The translations under genes and the position numbers were made by a program. DNA of 64,000 nucleotides from Bacteroidales bacterium (GTDB taxonomy: Bacteria > Bacteroidota > Bacteroidia > Bacteroidales > JAQUTK01), in the NCBI GenBank assembly GCA_963677415.2, contig CAXXFJ010000033.1:24115-88114 (forward strand), in the 5' to 3' direction. A model generated the notes under the pieces. That model was not told the DNA's origin, ran no database searches, and saw only the letters and a program-made list of their open reading frames with translations. This document shows, piece by piece, positions 33,348-43,438 of the stretch. Positions within the stretch are counted from its first letter, which is position 1. Every line of letters starts with the position of its first letter.

Positions 33348-34010
33348 ATGACAGAAAAACAACTTTTCGCGATTTACTCATTGACAACTATTTTTTCTGC
33401 AAGCAAACAAATTGCTTCGTTTGATTACTTATACAACAACTACGAACTCTTTTTAAATGAGCATTTGGAAGATGAAATTCAGAAAAAAGTCGATAAGATT
33501 AATGAAATTGAAGTTGACAAATTTACTGAAGAACAACTTGAATTACAGACTAAATATATAAATCAGTATCATGGACAATCTTTCCAAGCGAAAGAGCTTT
33601 TGACAAATTATATGATAGTTGCGACTTGGAGTATTTATGAAAAAGCATTCAAACAACTGTTGAAACTTTCAAATAAGCTCACAACTAATCAAATAGAAAA
33701 CTGCTACAAAATTAAAGAATCAATCAAATTACTTAAATCGAAATTCAATATCGATTTTAATCAACTTGACAACTATCAAGAAATAGAAGAATTGAGATGT
33801 TTAAACAACGCAATTAAGCATAAAGGACTAGTATCTAAAGAACTGAATGATGCGAACTCAAAATGGATAATAAATAGTCCTTTAGGTGACACTTATAATG
33901 ACTTTTTAAGACTAAAGAATGCTCCATATCAGTTATTAACTGACTTACGGCAAGAATTACTTGAGGATGAAGAAGAAACAGCGGATACAAAAAATATCCA
34001 ATCTCACTAA
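33348..34010 (+). CDS. Hypothetical protein (220 aa), helical, no signal peptide
   Basis: It is a long ORF in an AT-rich island. The only motif noted is 'ELRCLNNAIKHKG', which is distantly HEPN-like. Confidence 0.4.
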   Translation: MTEKQLFAIYSLTTIFSASKQIASFDYLYNNYELFLNEHLEDEIQKKVDKINEIEVDKFTEEQLELQTKYINQYHGQSFQAKELLTNYMIVATWSIYEKAFKQLLKLSNKLTTNQIENCYKIKESIKLLKSKFNIDFNQLDNYQEIEELRCLNNAIKHKGLVSKELNDANSKWIINSPLGDTYNDFLRLKNAPYQLLTDLRQELLEDEEETADTKNIQSH

Positions 34011-34125
34011 TTCCCTAAATTATTTCATCAGGGAAACAATTTATTTACTAAATGAAAATGATAAAGCAATAAAGTCGTTTTTTCCGTCAGCCTCTACTCC
34101 CTAAAATTTCTTTGCAATACGGTAT

Positions 34126-35424
34126 CATTAGTGTCCACTAAAAAAATCGAGAGTCAGCTGACCTGATATTTGTTCTTTGACATCGTTGAATTCTGCCTTT
34201 GCGAACAACTCTTTAATCGGCGTTTTGTCTAGGAGAGAAATCCCTAGAATCTGTAAAACTTCGTAAGTTGAACGATCTATCTTGAGATCAGCCTCAATAA
34301 TTGCGACAGTACAATATGCGATGATTGCAGAGAAAATTTGGGTTCGAACAGCATTTTCCGTAGTTCCCCAAAAGGATTTAATCTTGAGATGTTGTTTGAT
34401 CCATTTAAAGAATAATTCTATTTGCCAACGGTTCTTGTATAACAATGCAACTTGTTCAGGAGTGATCTCAAGGTTGTTTGTCAGATAGACAAAAGTACGG
34501 TTCTTTTCTTTGTCATAATAGACAACTTTACGAAGAATCTCCGGATAATATTTTGAGATGTAGAAACTTTTAAGTTTTCCAATCTGATCGCTCATAACCC
34601 CGTTCATTTCATTGACTGGGTTATATCTGACACAGTCAAACTGGAGATTCTTTTTTGCTCTAACGACAAAAGATGCTGAGTGTAAAGTAATGTTGTAAAG
34701 TCTTTTATAATCGACATATCCACGGTCAAAGATATAATATGCTCCACATTCATAAGGATTACATCCATGGCATTCATATCATTGACAGACGCATTTGTTA
34801 TATGGATGAACGTTGGTATCTGGGTTGTAATATCGTAAAGTGTATGCATTTTAATCCCTGCTTTCGCTTTACGAAACTTTGCCCACCAAAATACATTCAG
34901 GCATAAATCTATTGTTGTGGAGTCAAAAGCATATACTTTACCTTTAATTTCAAAGTCTTCATTGGCTCTCTTTCTACGCGCAATATCTATTAGAGAATAA
35001 GCAAACTCTTCAAAGATTTTACAGTCTCTGGTTTCGTTCGCTTTAGAAAGATTGCTTCTTGTGACATTCTTACCAAAGCCAAGATGATAACTCTTTTGAC
35101 TATGTGCATCAATGGCAACAATCAAATCACGGAGACTGTCGCGACAAGTCAGTTGCCCAAACATCATTGTCAGTAATTGATTCCAACAGGTGAAATGTTT
35201 TACGTATTTGTTTCCAGAATATTTATCAACGATACCATCAAAGACTCGTTGTGGGAGAAACTCAATAAGCTGAGCAAAAACGTATTTTCCGGTATGCATT
35301 GTCTGAATTATATTTTTTCAGACAATAATAATAAATTCAAATCGTCACGCGCTAAATTCGCTCGTAATTAGCAGAATTTCAATTGTTTCAAAGAACGATT
35401 TCTAATCTTTAGTGGACACTAGTG
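34126..35424 (-). mobile_element. IS4-family insertion sequence (~1.3 kb)
   Basis: The terminal inverted repeats are cattagtgtccactaaa (34126-34142) and the reverse complement of 35408-35424, cactagtgtccactaaa (16/17 match). Identical 9-bp ATACGGTAT flanks lie at 34117-34125 and 35425-35433. Confidence 0.8.
34128..35299 (-). pseudogene. IS4-family DDE transposase (DUF4372-type N-terminus), single frame change
   Basis: The N-terminus is 'MHTGKYVFAQLIEFLP...FTCWNQLLTMMFGQL'. The downstream frame is open from 34778 and reads 'PYECGAYYIFDRGYVDYKRLY...', so the frame switch lies within about 34755-34779. Confidence 0.75.
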
Positions 35425-35556
35425 ATACGGTATATTAAATAGATCTAAAGTAAGCGTCTTCACGATACTGTTTACGAAATACTGCATTAAAATTTTGAGG
35501 GGATGATATATACATACTTTTGCAAACCCTGATGTATTGTATATACTTTACTAATT

Positions 35557-35725
35557 AACCCGAAGAATGAAAAACTTTATTTTGGCGTACCTCTGTCTGG
35601 CGATGGTATCTCTTTCCTCCAATGCGAAAGAGATCGTTTTGCTAAGTAATTATGTGTCGTTGTCCATCAATCAGAAAGGATGCATCACGAGTATAAAGAG
35701 TCTTGAAAATGGGAAGGAGTATGCC
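35557..35725 (+). repeat. 169-bp duplicate of the RBS-proximal region plus first 53 codons of gene 36358-38536
   Basis: It aligns base for base with 36348-36516 with a small number of mismatches. 'MKNFILAYLCLAMVSLSSNAKEIVL' compares with 'MKNFILAFLCLAMVSLSSNAKEIVL'. The copy ends abruptly after 'GKEYA'. Confidence 0.85.
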
Positions 35726-35742
35726 TGGAAACAAGTGAGTTG

Positions 35743-35955
35743 GCTACAAATTGTAGTCAACTGAAAATGCGATCTGCTGATGTTAAGAACTATCTGACCG
35801 ATGTAGCTGATACCGAGCAATTATTGTGTTTAATATAATCTATTCCCTCGCCCAAAGCAGAGCCGTTTAAGCAATGAATGGCACAAGTAGCGAGTGAACG
35901 CTTAGATCAGATGCAAGATACTGAACTCTCTATTGAGCAGGCGATGACAGATTAA
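35743..35955 (+). pseudogene. Fragment of a Bro-N/DinD-like (DNA-damage-inducible protein D type) gene with two in-frame nonsense codons
   Basis: A single frame reads 'ATNCSQLKMRSADVKNYLTDVADTEQLLCLI*SIPSPKAEPFKQ*MAQVASERLDQMQDTELSIEQAMTD*'. 'SIPSPKAEPFK' is the hallmark motif. TAA and TGA sit where I recall Q and W in intact homologues. Confidence 0.65.
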
Positions 35956-36357
35956 GCGGTATGATGTGCTGTTCTGTTATGTCTTTCAAAAGTACTTAGA
36001 AGTCCATATATTCAAATATGCATTAGATTCCTTTTCTTTATTCTGTGAAGAATATATAAACAAAGCCAAACTATATAAAGCGTTTTTTTTACGCACTAAC
36101 TTCTCTTATTGTTGAATATCAATACCTCTGTTTTTTTCAGAAGAAGGATGCTCATGGCATATATAAATTGGGAGGCTGTTTATCTGTGAGAGTTATTGTA
36201 TAAGTTACGATAAGATTTAATTTATGTGTATAATTGCCTATTCTTAAAATGAATGCATTCAATTTTGCTAGGTAAGATTTGAATGAATACATTTGCGAAG
36301 TCCCTGAATAATATTGTTGAATCAAGATGTAAGAAACTTTCAAATGTAACCCGAAGA

Positions 36358-38536
36358 ATGAAAAACTTTATTTTGGCTTTCCTCTGCCTGGCGATGGTAT
36401 CTCTTTCCTCCAATGCGAAAGAGATCGTTTTGCAAAGTAAATATGTGTCGTTGTCCATCAATGCGAAAGGATACGTCACGAGTATAAAGAATCTGGAGAA
36501 TGGGAAGGAGTACGCCATTGATGGAAAGCCATCGGCACTGCTCGCCTTGTATGAAGGGAATGAAAATGCCATTTATCCGGTTTCTGCCTCTCAGAAAGGG
36601 CGTACTATTACTCTTTCATATCCCAATGGATCTACGGCTGTAGTCGCTGCGCAAGAGAAAAATGAATATATCAACTTCAAACTTCTTTCTCTGGATCACA
36701 GAGAACAGATTGATAATGTGGTGTGGGGGCCTTATCATACCTCTGTCAGAAAATATATCGGTGATGTGATCGGTGTGGTGAGTGATGATACGTATTCCAT
36801 CGGTCTCTTTGCTACGGACGACAATACGATTACCGGCTTGCCTTCGGATGGTGATCTGTATCAGATGTTTTATTATGTGCATTCTGTTGATCCGGTGAAG
36901 TATCCGATTCCTGACTCTCTTTCTGAAGGACAGAAGTTCACCATAGGAGGTGATGGCTGGTCGGATGTGGCGTTTTATTCCAAACCGGAGGAGTATTTTC
37001 ATCTGAACTCGGGATGTGGTGCTATCTATGATCCCGCGTATGGTTCGTCGGTAGTGATGCATGCGAGGGATCGTCGCAAACCGCAGACTATATTTTTTAC
37101 GCTTCTTCCCGGTTTTAAGAATATCAACGTGCCAAAGCATCATGATGTGGAGACGATAGATGTTGATTTTATAGGTTCTTCCATTGCTTTTTATGGTTGT
37201 CCGAAAGAGAAAACAATACAGGTGCTTGAGAAAATTGTCAAGGGTGAAGGTTTACCTTATGTGACCCGTGAAGGCAAATGGATACGTGATCCGGAATCTT
37301 TCCGTGCGGATGTGGCTTGGTGGGGAAGACACGATAGTTTGATTTCCTATTGCAATCAACTGGGGGTGAAGGCTGTGCAAGACGAGGGTCTTGGGGAGTA
37401 TTATGCCAATCCTGCTGACCGATGGGCAGGGAAAACAATCAACTATGGAGGCAAACAGATTGCAATCGCTGAATTTACCAAACTGACGAATGAGAATGGC
37501 ATTGCGTATGGCATTCATACGTTGTGTGAATTTTTACAACCTCATTGTAGTGATGTGAGTCCGGTGCCGAATGATAGTTTGTGTCTTGTGCTGCGTACAA
37601 AGATTGTGACTAATGTATCGGCTTCCGATACGGCTATTTGCGTAGCGGATACCAGTTGGCTCAACGAACATGGGACCTGGCATTGTAACAAACTGAATGT
37701 TTTGAAACTGGGCAAAGAACTGCTGACCTATGAAGGGGTGACGACTACAAAGCCTTACACATTGATAGGTGTGAAGAGAGGAGCTTATAAAACGGTTGCT
37801 CAGTCGCACAAGGCCGGTACTCAACTGGGTAAGTTACAGATGAACTGCTACAATGGTTTTGTGCCGGACATGAATCTGCAGGACGATTATGCCAATTATT
37901 ATGCCAAACTTCTTATTGATGGTGGCATGAATTATGTGGATTTTGACGGACAGGAGAGCTACATGTATCAGGGACATGGCACTTATTCATTCAAGCGTTT
38001 TTACAGAGAGCTATTTACTAAGTTTAAGGAGTATGGTGGTGACTATTTGCGCGTGATGGGTTTCTGGTGTGATGGATGGCAACTGGTTGTATATGAGCAA
38101 CTCCAATATTGGCGGTGGTAATCACATGTTTAATCCCGAGACTAACCAATGGGGGATTGAGGGGAAGGATGTCCGTAATGTGAATAGAAACAGCTTTATT
38201 CCTCCTTCATTTGGTATTCAGAACTTCAATTCAAATTGGTCGGTGCAGACGATTGAAAATCTTCAGTCAACGGCTATTGCGTGGGATGCAATGTATATGC
38301 TGGGTATCAGTGAAAATAGTGTGGAAAAGTGCAAGGATAAGTACGCGATCTTTAAGGTGTTTAAAGCCTGGGAGAATGCTCGTTCCGCTCAAGTCTTTTC
38401 AAAAGAGCTGAAGGAGGAGATGCAGAGTGCGACGAACCATTACCACATCGAACAGCTGGATAAGAAGAGCTGGAAGCTCTATCAGGTGTCAGCAACCGGA
38501 GAGTATATGAATCCAAGGATATTGAAAAAGAAATAA
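36358..38536 (+). pseudogene. Secreted protein of unknown family (~725 aa if repaired), +1 frame change
   Basis: The ATG at 36358 gives the signal peptide MKNFILAFLCLAMVSLSSNA. ORF 36283-38121 (frame 1) continues in ORF 38069-38536 (frame 2). The second frame opens at 38057, so the switch lies within 38057-38068 around the ttt at 38061-38063. Confidence 0.55.
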
Positions 38537-38550
38537 TAGTAACAATAGAT

Positions 38551-40134
38551 ATGAAACACACACTCAGTCTTGTTTGGCTTCTGAGCTTTTTGTTTGCTGG
38601 TAACGCTGCGGCACAGTCGACCGTATGGTCGCCCGATAATGGGAATGGCACTTTTACGAATCCGATCATGTGGGGAGACTGGCCTGATCCGGATGTGATC
38701 CGGGTAGGAGATGATTTTTATCTGGTATCAACGAGTATGCATTATGTGCCGGGTGCACCGATTGCCAAGTCTAAGGATTTGGTGAACTGGGAGCTTGCCG
38801 GTTATGCAGTACAACGATATGATGAAGATCCGAAATATGATATGCAAGGAGGTAATTTGTATCTGAATGGTTCGTGGGCGACGACTATCCGTCATCATAA
38901 CGGGAAATTTTATGTTGGTTTTTGTACCCCGTATGGTTGGGGACGGGAGACCGGTCATTTTTCAATATGTATTGCGGATAAAGTGGAAGGACCCTGGGAG
39001 CGGACTATCTTCCCTGAATATCTGTATGATCCGGGTTTGTTTTTTGATGATAATGGGAAAGTGTATGTCTTTCATGGACAGGGTACGATCTATGCAACTG
39101 AATTGAATGCGGATGTCAAGTCTGTCAAGAGTGAAAAGGTAAAGGTCTGGAGCGGAGGTTTCAAGAATGCCAATGAATTGGGCGGAGGCTTTGGTATGGA
39201 GGGTTCTCATGCCTACAAGATCAATGGGAAGTATTACATCACTTGTCCAGCAGGAGGCACCGAAGGATGGCAGATCTGTCTGCGTTCCGATAATATCTAT
39301 GGTCCCTACGAACACAAACTGATCATGAATGATAACAGTTCGTATCCACCCAATGGTTTGCATCAGGGAGGAATGGTACAGTTGAAGAATGGAGACTGGT
39401 GGTTTATCATCATGCAGGATCGTGGCGCGATAGGCCGTGTGCCTTATTTGGTTCCTGTAGAGTGGGTCGATGGCTGGCCGATGTTAGGGAAGGGCGGGAG
39501 AGATGTGATCACCTACGCCAAGCCTGCTGTTGGGAAGAAATCTCCTATCAAGAGTCCGGCGACATCAGATGAGTTTAATAGTCCGAAGCTTGGTTTGCAG
39601 TGGCAATGGAACCACAATCCGGATCCGAAAAGATGGTCGCTCACAGAAAGAAAAGGAGTGATGCGTCTGAAAGCCTCGGTTGCCGAATCGCTGAAGACTG
39701 CCCGCAACACATTGACACAGCGTGTGCAGGGACCAAGTTCGGAAGGTACGGTAGAGATGAATGTAAAGGGTTTGAAAGAGGGTAATGTGGCCGGTTTCGG
39801 TGTCTTTGAGTTTCCGTATGCCTATGTGGCAGTGACCCGTTCGGGCGGTGTATCGAGGATTAGTATGTACAATGATGATAAGGAGATAGAGTCCATTGAC
39901 AACTTTCAGGGGGAGAACCTCTGGATTCGTGCCCGTGTAACGGACAGGGATTTTACTGCGAAGTTTTATTATAGTCTGGACGGCACCTCTTTTTCTCCCA
40001 TAGGTGATGATCTGAAGATGGGCTTGGGATTGCCGTGGACAGCCAATCGTTTTGCATTGTTTAATTTCAGTACAACAGAGTCAGGAGCAGATGGTTATGC
40101 CGACTTTAACTGGTTCCACTTTACGAATAAATAG
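38551..40134 (+). CDS. GH43 beta-xylosidase/arabinofuranosidase with C-terminal beta-sandwich domain
   Basis: 527 aa with a signal peptide. 'NPIMWGDWPDPDVIRVGDDFYLVSTSMHYVPG' is typical of the GH43 N-terminus. Confidence 0.85.
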   Translation: MKHTLSLVWLLSFLFAGNAAAQSTVWSPDNGNGTFTNPIMWGDWPDPDVIRVGDDFYLVSTSMHYVPGAPIAKSKDLVNWELAGYAVQRYDEDPKYDMQGGNLYLNGSWATTIRHHNGKFYVGFCTPYGWGRETGHFSICIADKVEGPWERTIFPEYLYDPGLFFDDNGKVYVFHGQGTIYATELNADVKSVKSEKVKVWSGGFKNANELGGGFGMEGSHAYKINGKYYITCPAGGTEGWQICLRSDNIYGPYEHKLIMNDNSSYPPNGLHQGGMVQLKNGDWWFIIMQDRGAIGRVPYLVPVEWVDGWPMLGKGGRDVITYAKPAVGKKSPIKSPATSDEFNSPKLGLQWQWNHNPDPKRWSLTERKGVMRLKASVAESLKTARNTLTQRVQGPSSEGTVEMNVKGLKEGNVAGFGVFEFPYAYVAVTRSGGVSRISMYNDDKEIESIDNFQGENLWIRARVTDRDFTAKFYYSLDGTSFSPIGDDLKMGLGLPWTANRFALFNFSTTESGADGYADFNWFHFTNK

Positions 40135-40162
40135 AAGACTATACCGGTTGCAATCAATCACC

Positions 40163-40200
40163 AAAATGTCCCGTTTATTACGTAATAAACGGGACATTTT
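40163..40200. terminator. Perfect 38-nt palindrome between convergent GH43 genes (bidirectional terminator)
   Basis: The two halves aaaatgtcccgtttattac / gtaataaacgggacatttt have an A-run on one side and a T-run on the other. Confidence 0.75.
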
Positions 40201-40228
40201 ATCCTAGTGGTGAATAAGAATGTTGCGG

Positions 40229-41680
40229 TTAGTGATCCTTAAAATTCCATTTGGAATTGTCGCTATCCATATTGAACTCAGCCAGTGTTGGGGTGCTGTC
40301 TCCGGAAGATACCAGCGCTAACTTCTTCGTTGAATTGGGCACGACCTTGGGCATGATTCTGTAGGTGCCATCAGTCAATTGTTCGATGCGCCACAACTGT
40401 TCGGGTGCACCGGTAAATGCGGGAACTGATATTAACTCAGCTTCTGCTGTTGCTGCCAATGCCCGATCAGTTCCTTCTATTACGATTTTGTAATAGGGGG
40501 CTCCAAGGTAACCTCCTGCATCGGGAACAGCTGTGATGGTCCATTTCTGGTGAGGTCGGAACATGTAATCGCCTATTCTTATACCAATGTTTCCGGTTGG
40601 CCAGGTGTTCACTACATCCGCCAATGTCTGAGATGGAACAGGTTTTACAGGCTCATCGTTGTTGCGGTTGAAACCACGCATTCCGCCTGGCATTCGAACA
40701 AAATCAACTGCTAATTCTAAAGCATATCCTCTTCTCTCGGACTCAATTTCATACGTGCCTTCTTTGAAGTTATCCCCTGCAACAGGCCATCCATTTTTCC
40801 ATAGCAACGGACGAATCCCCAAGACGCTACGTCCTCCTTGTTGCAAATCGGCTTCATAGTGGCAAGACATTCTTTCAACGCCTTTATCCATGATAAAACG
40901 TCCGAAATGTCCTGGTCCTGTAACTCTTCCACCGGCTGCAACCACCATCTTACCGCCGCCTTCCAACATATCTCTTCCCATGTTGTCAAGGTAAGGGCCA
41001 GTGACTTTTTTGGAACGGCCAACAACAATGTTGTAGGTTGAGTTTGCGCCATCGCAGCAGGTACCATGTGTGCCGAGAAGATAATACCATCCATCACGAT
41101 ACATCAAATCTGTAGCCTCACAATCAATGGCAATGTTTATGGCTTTATTGCCTTTTACACGTTCTCCCGTTTTGGGATCAAGTTCCACGAGGCGAATGAA
41201 TCCAAAATAGGTGCCGTAGGATATCCAGAGTCGTCCATCTGTTGGATCTAAAAGCAGCCCGGGGTCTATGGCATCGTTGTCTTCCATGTTTTCGGACGAA
41301 GCAACAACGATCGCTTCTGAATACTTGAAATCAGGGGATGTCGGGTCAAGTGTTTTGTTCCACATGGTAAGGATTTTACCATTGTGTCCGCCACCAAGAC
41401 CACCTCCGGTTGCACCGTAAACCACGAGGTAACGATCTCCGATTTTTAATGCATCGGGAGCCGCTCCTCCACCGGGTCTTACTCCTCCGCCGTTCCACGT
41501 CCATCCATCTTCGGAAATCAATCCGCCTGAACCCGTGCCAAAGGTGTAATACTTTCCTTCACATTCCATGATGGTTGACGGGTCGTGTATAAATGGTTTT
41601 CCCACTTGTGCCGACAATGTTCCGGTTAACAACGCTGATAAGAGGGCTGTTGTGCCCAATATATTGTTTTTTAATTTCAT
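40229..41680 (-). CDS. GH43 (arabinanase/arabinofuranosidase-like) with C-terminal ricin-type beta-trefoil (CBM13-like)
   Basis: The start was chosen at M22 (MKLKNNILGTTALLSALLTGTLSAQ). The GH43 motif is 'FIHDPSTIMECEGKYYTFGTG'. The C-terminal QxW-like repeats are QKW, QLW and SKW. Confidence 0.8.
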   Translation of the reverse strand: MKLKNNILGTTALLSALLTGTLSAQVGKPFIHDPSTIMECEGKYYTFGTGSGGLISEDGWTWNGGGVRPGGGAAPDALKIGDRYLVVYGATGGGLGGGHNGKILTMWNKTLDPTSPDFKYSEAIVVASSENMEDNDAIDPGLLLDPTDGRLWISYGTYFGFIRLVELDPKTGERVKGNKAINIAIDCEATDLMYRDGWYYLLGTHGTCCDGANSTYNIVVGRSKKVTGPYLDNMGRDMLEGGGKMVVAAGGRVTGPGHFGRFIMDKGVERMSCHYEADLQQGGRSVLGIRPLLWKNGWPVAGDNFKEGTYEIESERRGYALELAVDFVRMPGGMRGFNRNNDEPVKPVPSQTLADVVNTWPTGNIGIRIGDYMFRPHQKWTITAVPDAGGYLGAPYYKIVIEGTDRALAATAEAELISVPAFTGAPEQLWRIEQLTDGTYRIMPKVVPNSTKKLALVSSGDSTPTLAEFNMDSDNSKWNFKDH

Positions 41681-41733
41681 AATAACTCGATTTTTTAAAC
41701 GACTAAGATCCTGTATTCGATGATTCATTAATT

Positions 41734-42468
41734 TCATTCGCAACTGATGGTGAGATTCTTGATGGGATTGCCCTCTTCGTCCAGGAAGCGAACGCAGAAA
41801 TCACTCATGCCGGGACCGTTGATGACCACTCCCCGTATGATATTCTTCCCTTTGTTGAGTGTAAGGCGGTTTGATACGCAATCATCCACCACCATACGCC
41901 TGTCTCCGGAAAGAATCACAGCCTCTTTGCCATTTAACCACCACATGGATGCTGAATTGGAGCCTACAGCCATTCTTACATTTTTCATTTCTTGCGGACA
42001 GTTCACCACGGTTACTGCCCAAAACAGAACGCCGTAAATCTCTTTATTCAGCCCATAAGCAAAACGAAACAGTTTGACATTGTAATTCTTGCTATCCAGT
42101 GCATGCCACATAAGTTCCTTCTCCCCAACTTTTACCTTATCTCCATCTTTGGGAACGACGGTAAACTGGTTTGGAAAATACTCTTCAGCAAAGGCTGTTC
42201 GAAGGTAGCTGTCTGTAAAAACAGTATTGCTACGGTTGGGTTTGCTGATGGGCTCAAGAAGCGACCATCGTTGAATAAATCCTTTGGGATCCGGTGTTTT
42301 TTTCTTTGTTGTAGCAGGGATGAAATACGATGCGATACTTCGCGTTGTATCGATTTGGACCGTAGCATTTTGTTTGATACCAGATGCGGCGAAGCATCCT
42401 TGCAGCCCTGACCCTACAAAAATGACAGAGCTTGCTGCCAATAACAGCGCTTTTTGTTTAATGTTCAT
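41734..42468 (-). CDS. Secreted hypothetical protein (jelly-roll-like), co-oriented upstream of GH43
   Basis: 244 aa with the signal peptide MNIKQKALLLAASSVIFVGSG. I recognise no catalytic motif. Confidence 0.45.
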   Translation of the reverse strand: MNIKQKALLLAASSVIFVGSGLQGCFAASGIKQNATVQIDTTRSIASYFIPATTKKKTPDPKGFIQRWSLLEPISKPNRSNTVFTDSYLRTAFAEEYFPNQFTVVPKDGDKVKVGEKELMWHALDSKNYNVKLFRFAYGLNKEIYGVLFWAVTVVNCPQEMKNVRMAVGSNSASMWWLNGKEAVILSGDRRMVVDDCVSNRLTLNKGKNIIRGVVINGPGMSDFCVRFLDEEGNPIKNLTISCE

Positions 42469-42883
42469 GTTAGATTTTTACAGCGTGAGAATTTGTTTTT
42501 TAGAAATAAGGTATACCTGTTTGCAAAACTACAAAAATATTTTCCGATTTGAAATACATGAACAACAAAATGTTGCAACAAAATGGGGATGGGTAAGCTG
42601 TTTCGGATTCTCTGTCATTCTAGCGGATTGAGTAGAGGTTCTTTTGAAGATTTTGAGTATCTTAAATATAAACACTATATTTGCAACTAGAGGAACTGTT
42701 TCCTATGTTCATATTGTAATGTATATGAAAGAACTTCAGTCCTGATTGGTCCCAAAGCGAGTTGTCGAATCGTATCAGAAAACATCCTTTTAAAAAGAGT
42801 TTATGACTCAATAATCCATTTTTAGTATAATAGACCGAAGGATTTTTGTCTTTTCACGACTAATAAGTGAAAAATGAAAATAA

Positions 42884-43435
42884 ATGACACACAGCGATAC
42901 TGAATTAATAAAGGGTATAAGAAACGGAGAGCAAAATGCTTTTAAAGTTTTATATCTCAAATATTCGGATTTGCTATTTGCGTATATTTTGCATCACCTT
43001 GATAAAGATAAAGAGGTGGCTTCTGATATCTGGCAAGAAACATGGGTAGTAGTTGTTGAAAGAATAAACGATTTTAAATCTCAAAGCGGCTTTTTTACTT
43101 GGCTCTGTGCAATTGCAAACAACAAAATATCTGATTATTATAGGAATGCTGTAAAGCAAGAACTATTTACAAACATTAAACAGACACATCTTGAGATTGA
43201 TGTGGAAGAATTGGATATTGAGTTAATTGATGCAGAGACTCACGTGGATGTAATTACAATACTGGCTAATCTATCAGATGAATACCGGTATTTACTTGAG
43301 GCAAAGTATATCGAAAATAAAAGTATCAGTGAAATATCTGATGTAATTGGCAAATCTTACAAAGCTACCGAATCGATGCTATCACGTGCCAGAGAGTCAT
43401 TTAGAAAAGAATTTAAGAAATTTAAAAGATCATGA
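42884..43435 (+). CDS. ECF-type sigma-70 family RNA polymerase sigma factor
   Basis: 183 aa. Region 2 is 'DIWQETWVVVVERINDF'. The region 4 HTH is 'ISEISDVIGKSYKATESMLSRARESF'. Confidence 0.85.
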   Translation: MTHSDTELIKGIRNGEQNAFKVLYLKYSDLLFAYILHHLDKDKEVASDIWQETWVVVVERINDFKSQSGFFTWLCAIANNKISDYYRNAVKQELFTNIKQTHLEIDVEELDIELIDAETHVDVITILANLSDEYRYLLEAKYIENKSISEISDVIGKSYKATESMLSRARESFRKEFKKFKRS

Positions 43436-43438
43436 GTC

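Noticed and set aside
35567-35764. The 65-aa ORF as a genuine small secreted-protein gene.
   Set aside because: It is a truncated duplicate of the 5' end of gene 36358-38536 that runs into unrelated Bro-N-derived sequence. It is more parsimoniously a recombination relic.
41681-41743. The longer TTG-initiated version of the GH43 ORF (MRMKLMNHRIQDLSRLKNRVI...).
   Set aside because: The extension would bury the obvious signal peptide starting at M22 (MKLKNNILGTTALLSALL) and would overlap the stop of the upstream gene. The ATG at 41680 is preferred.
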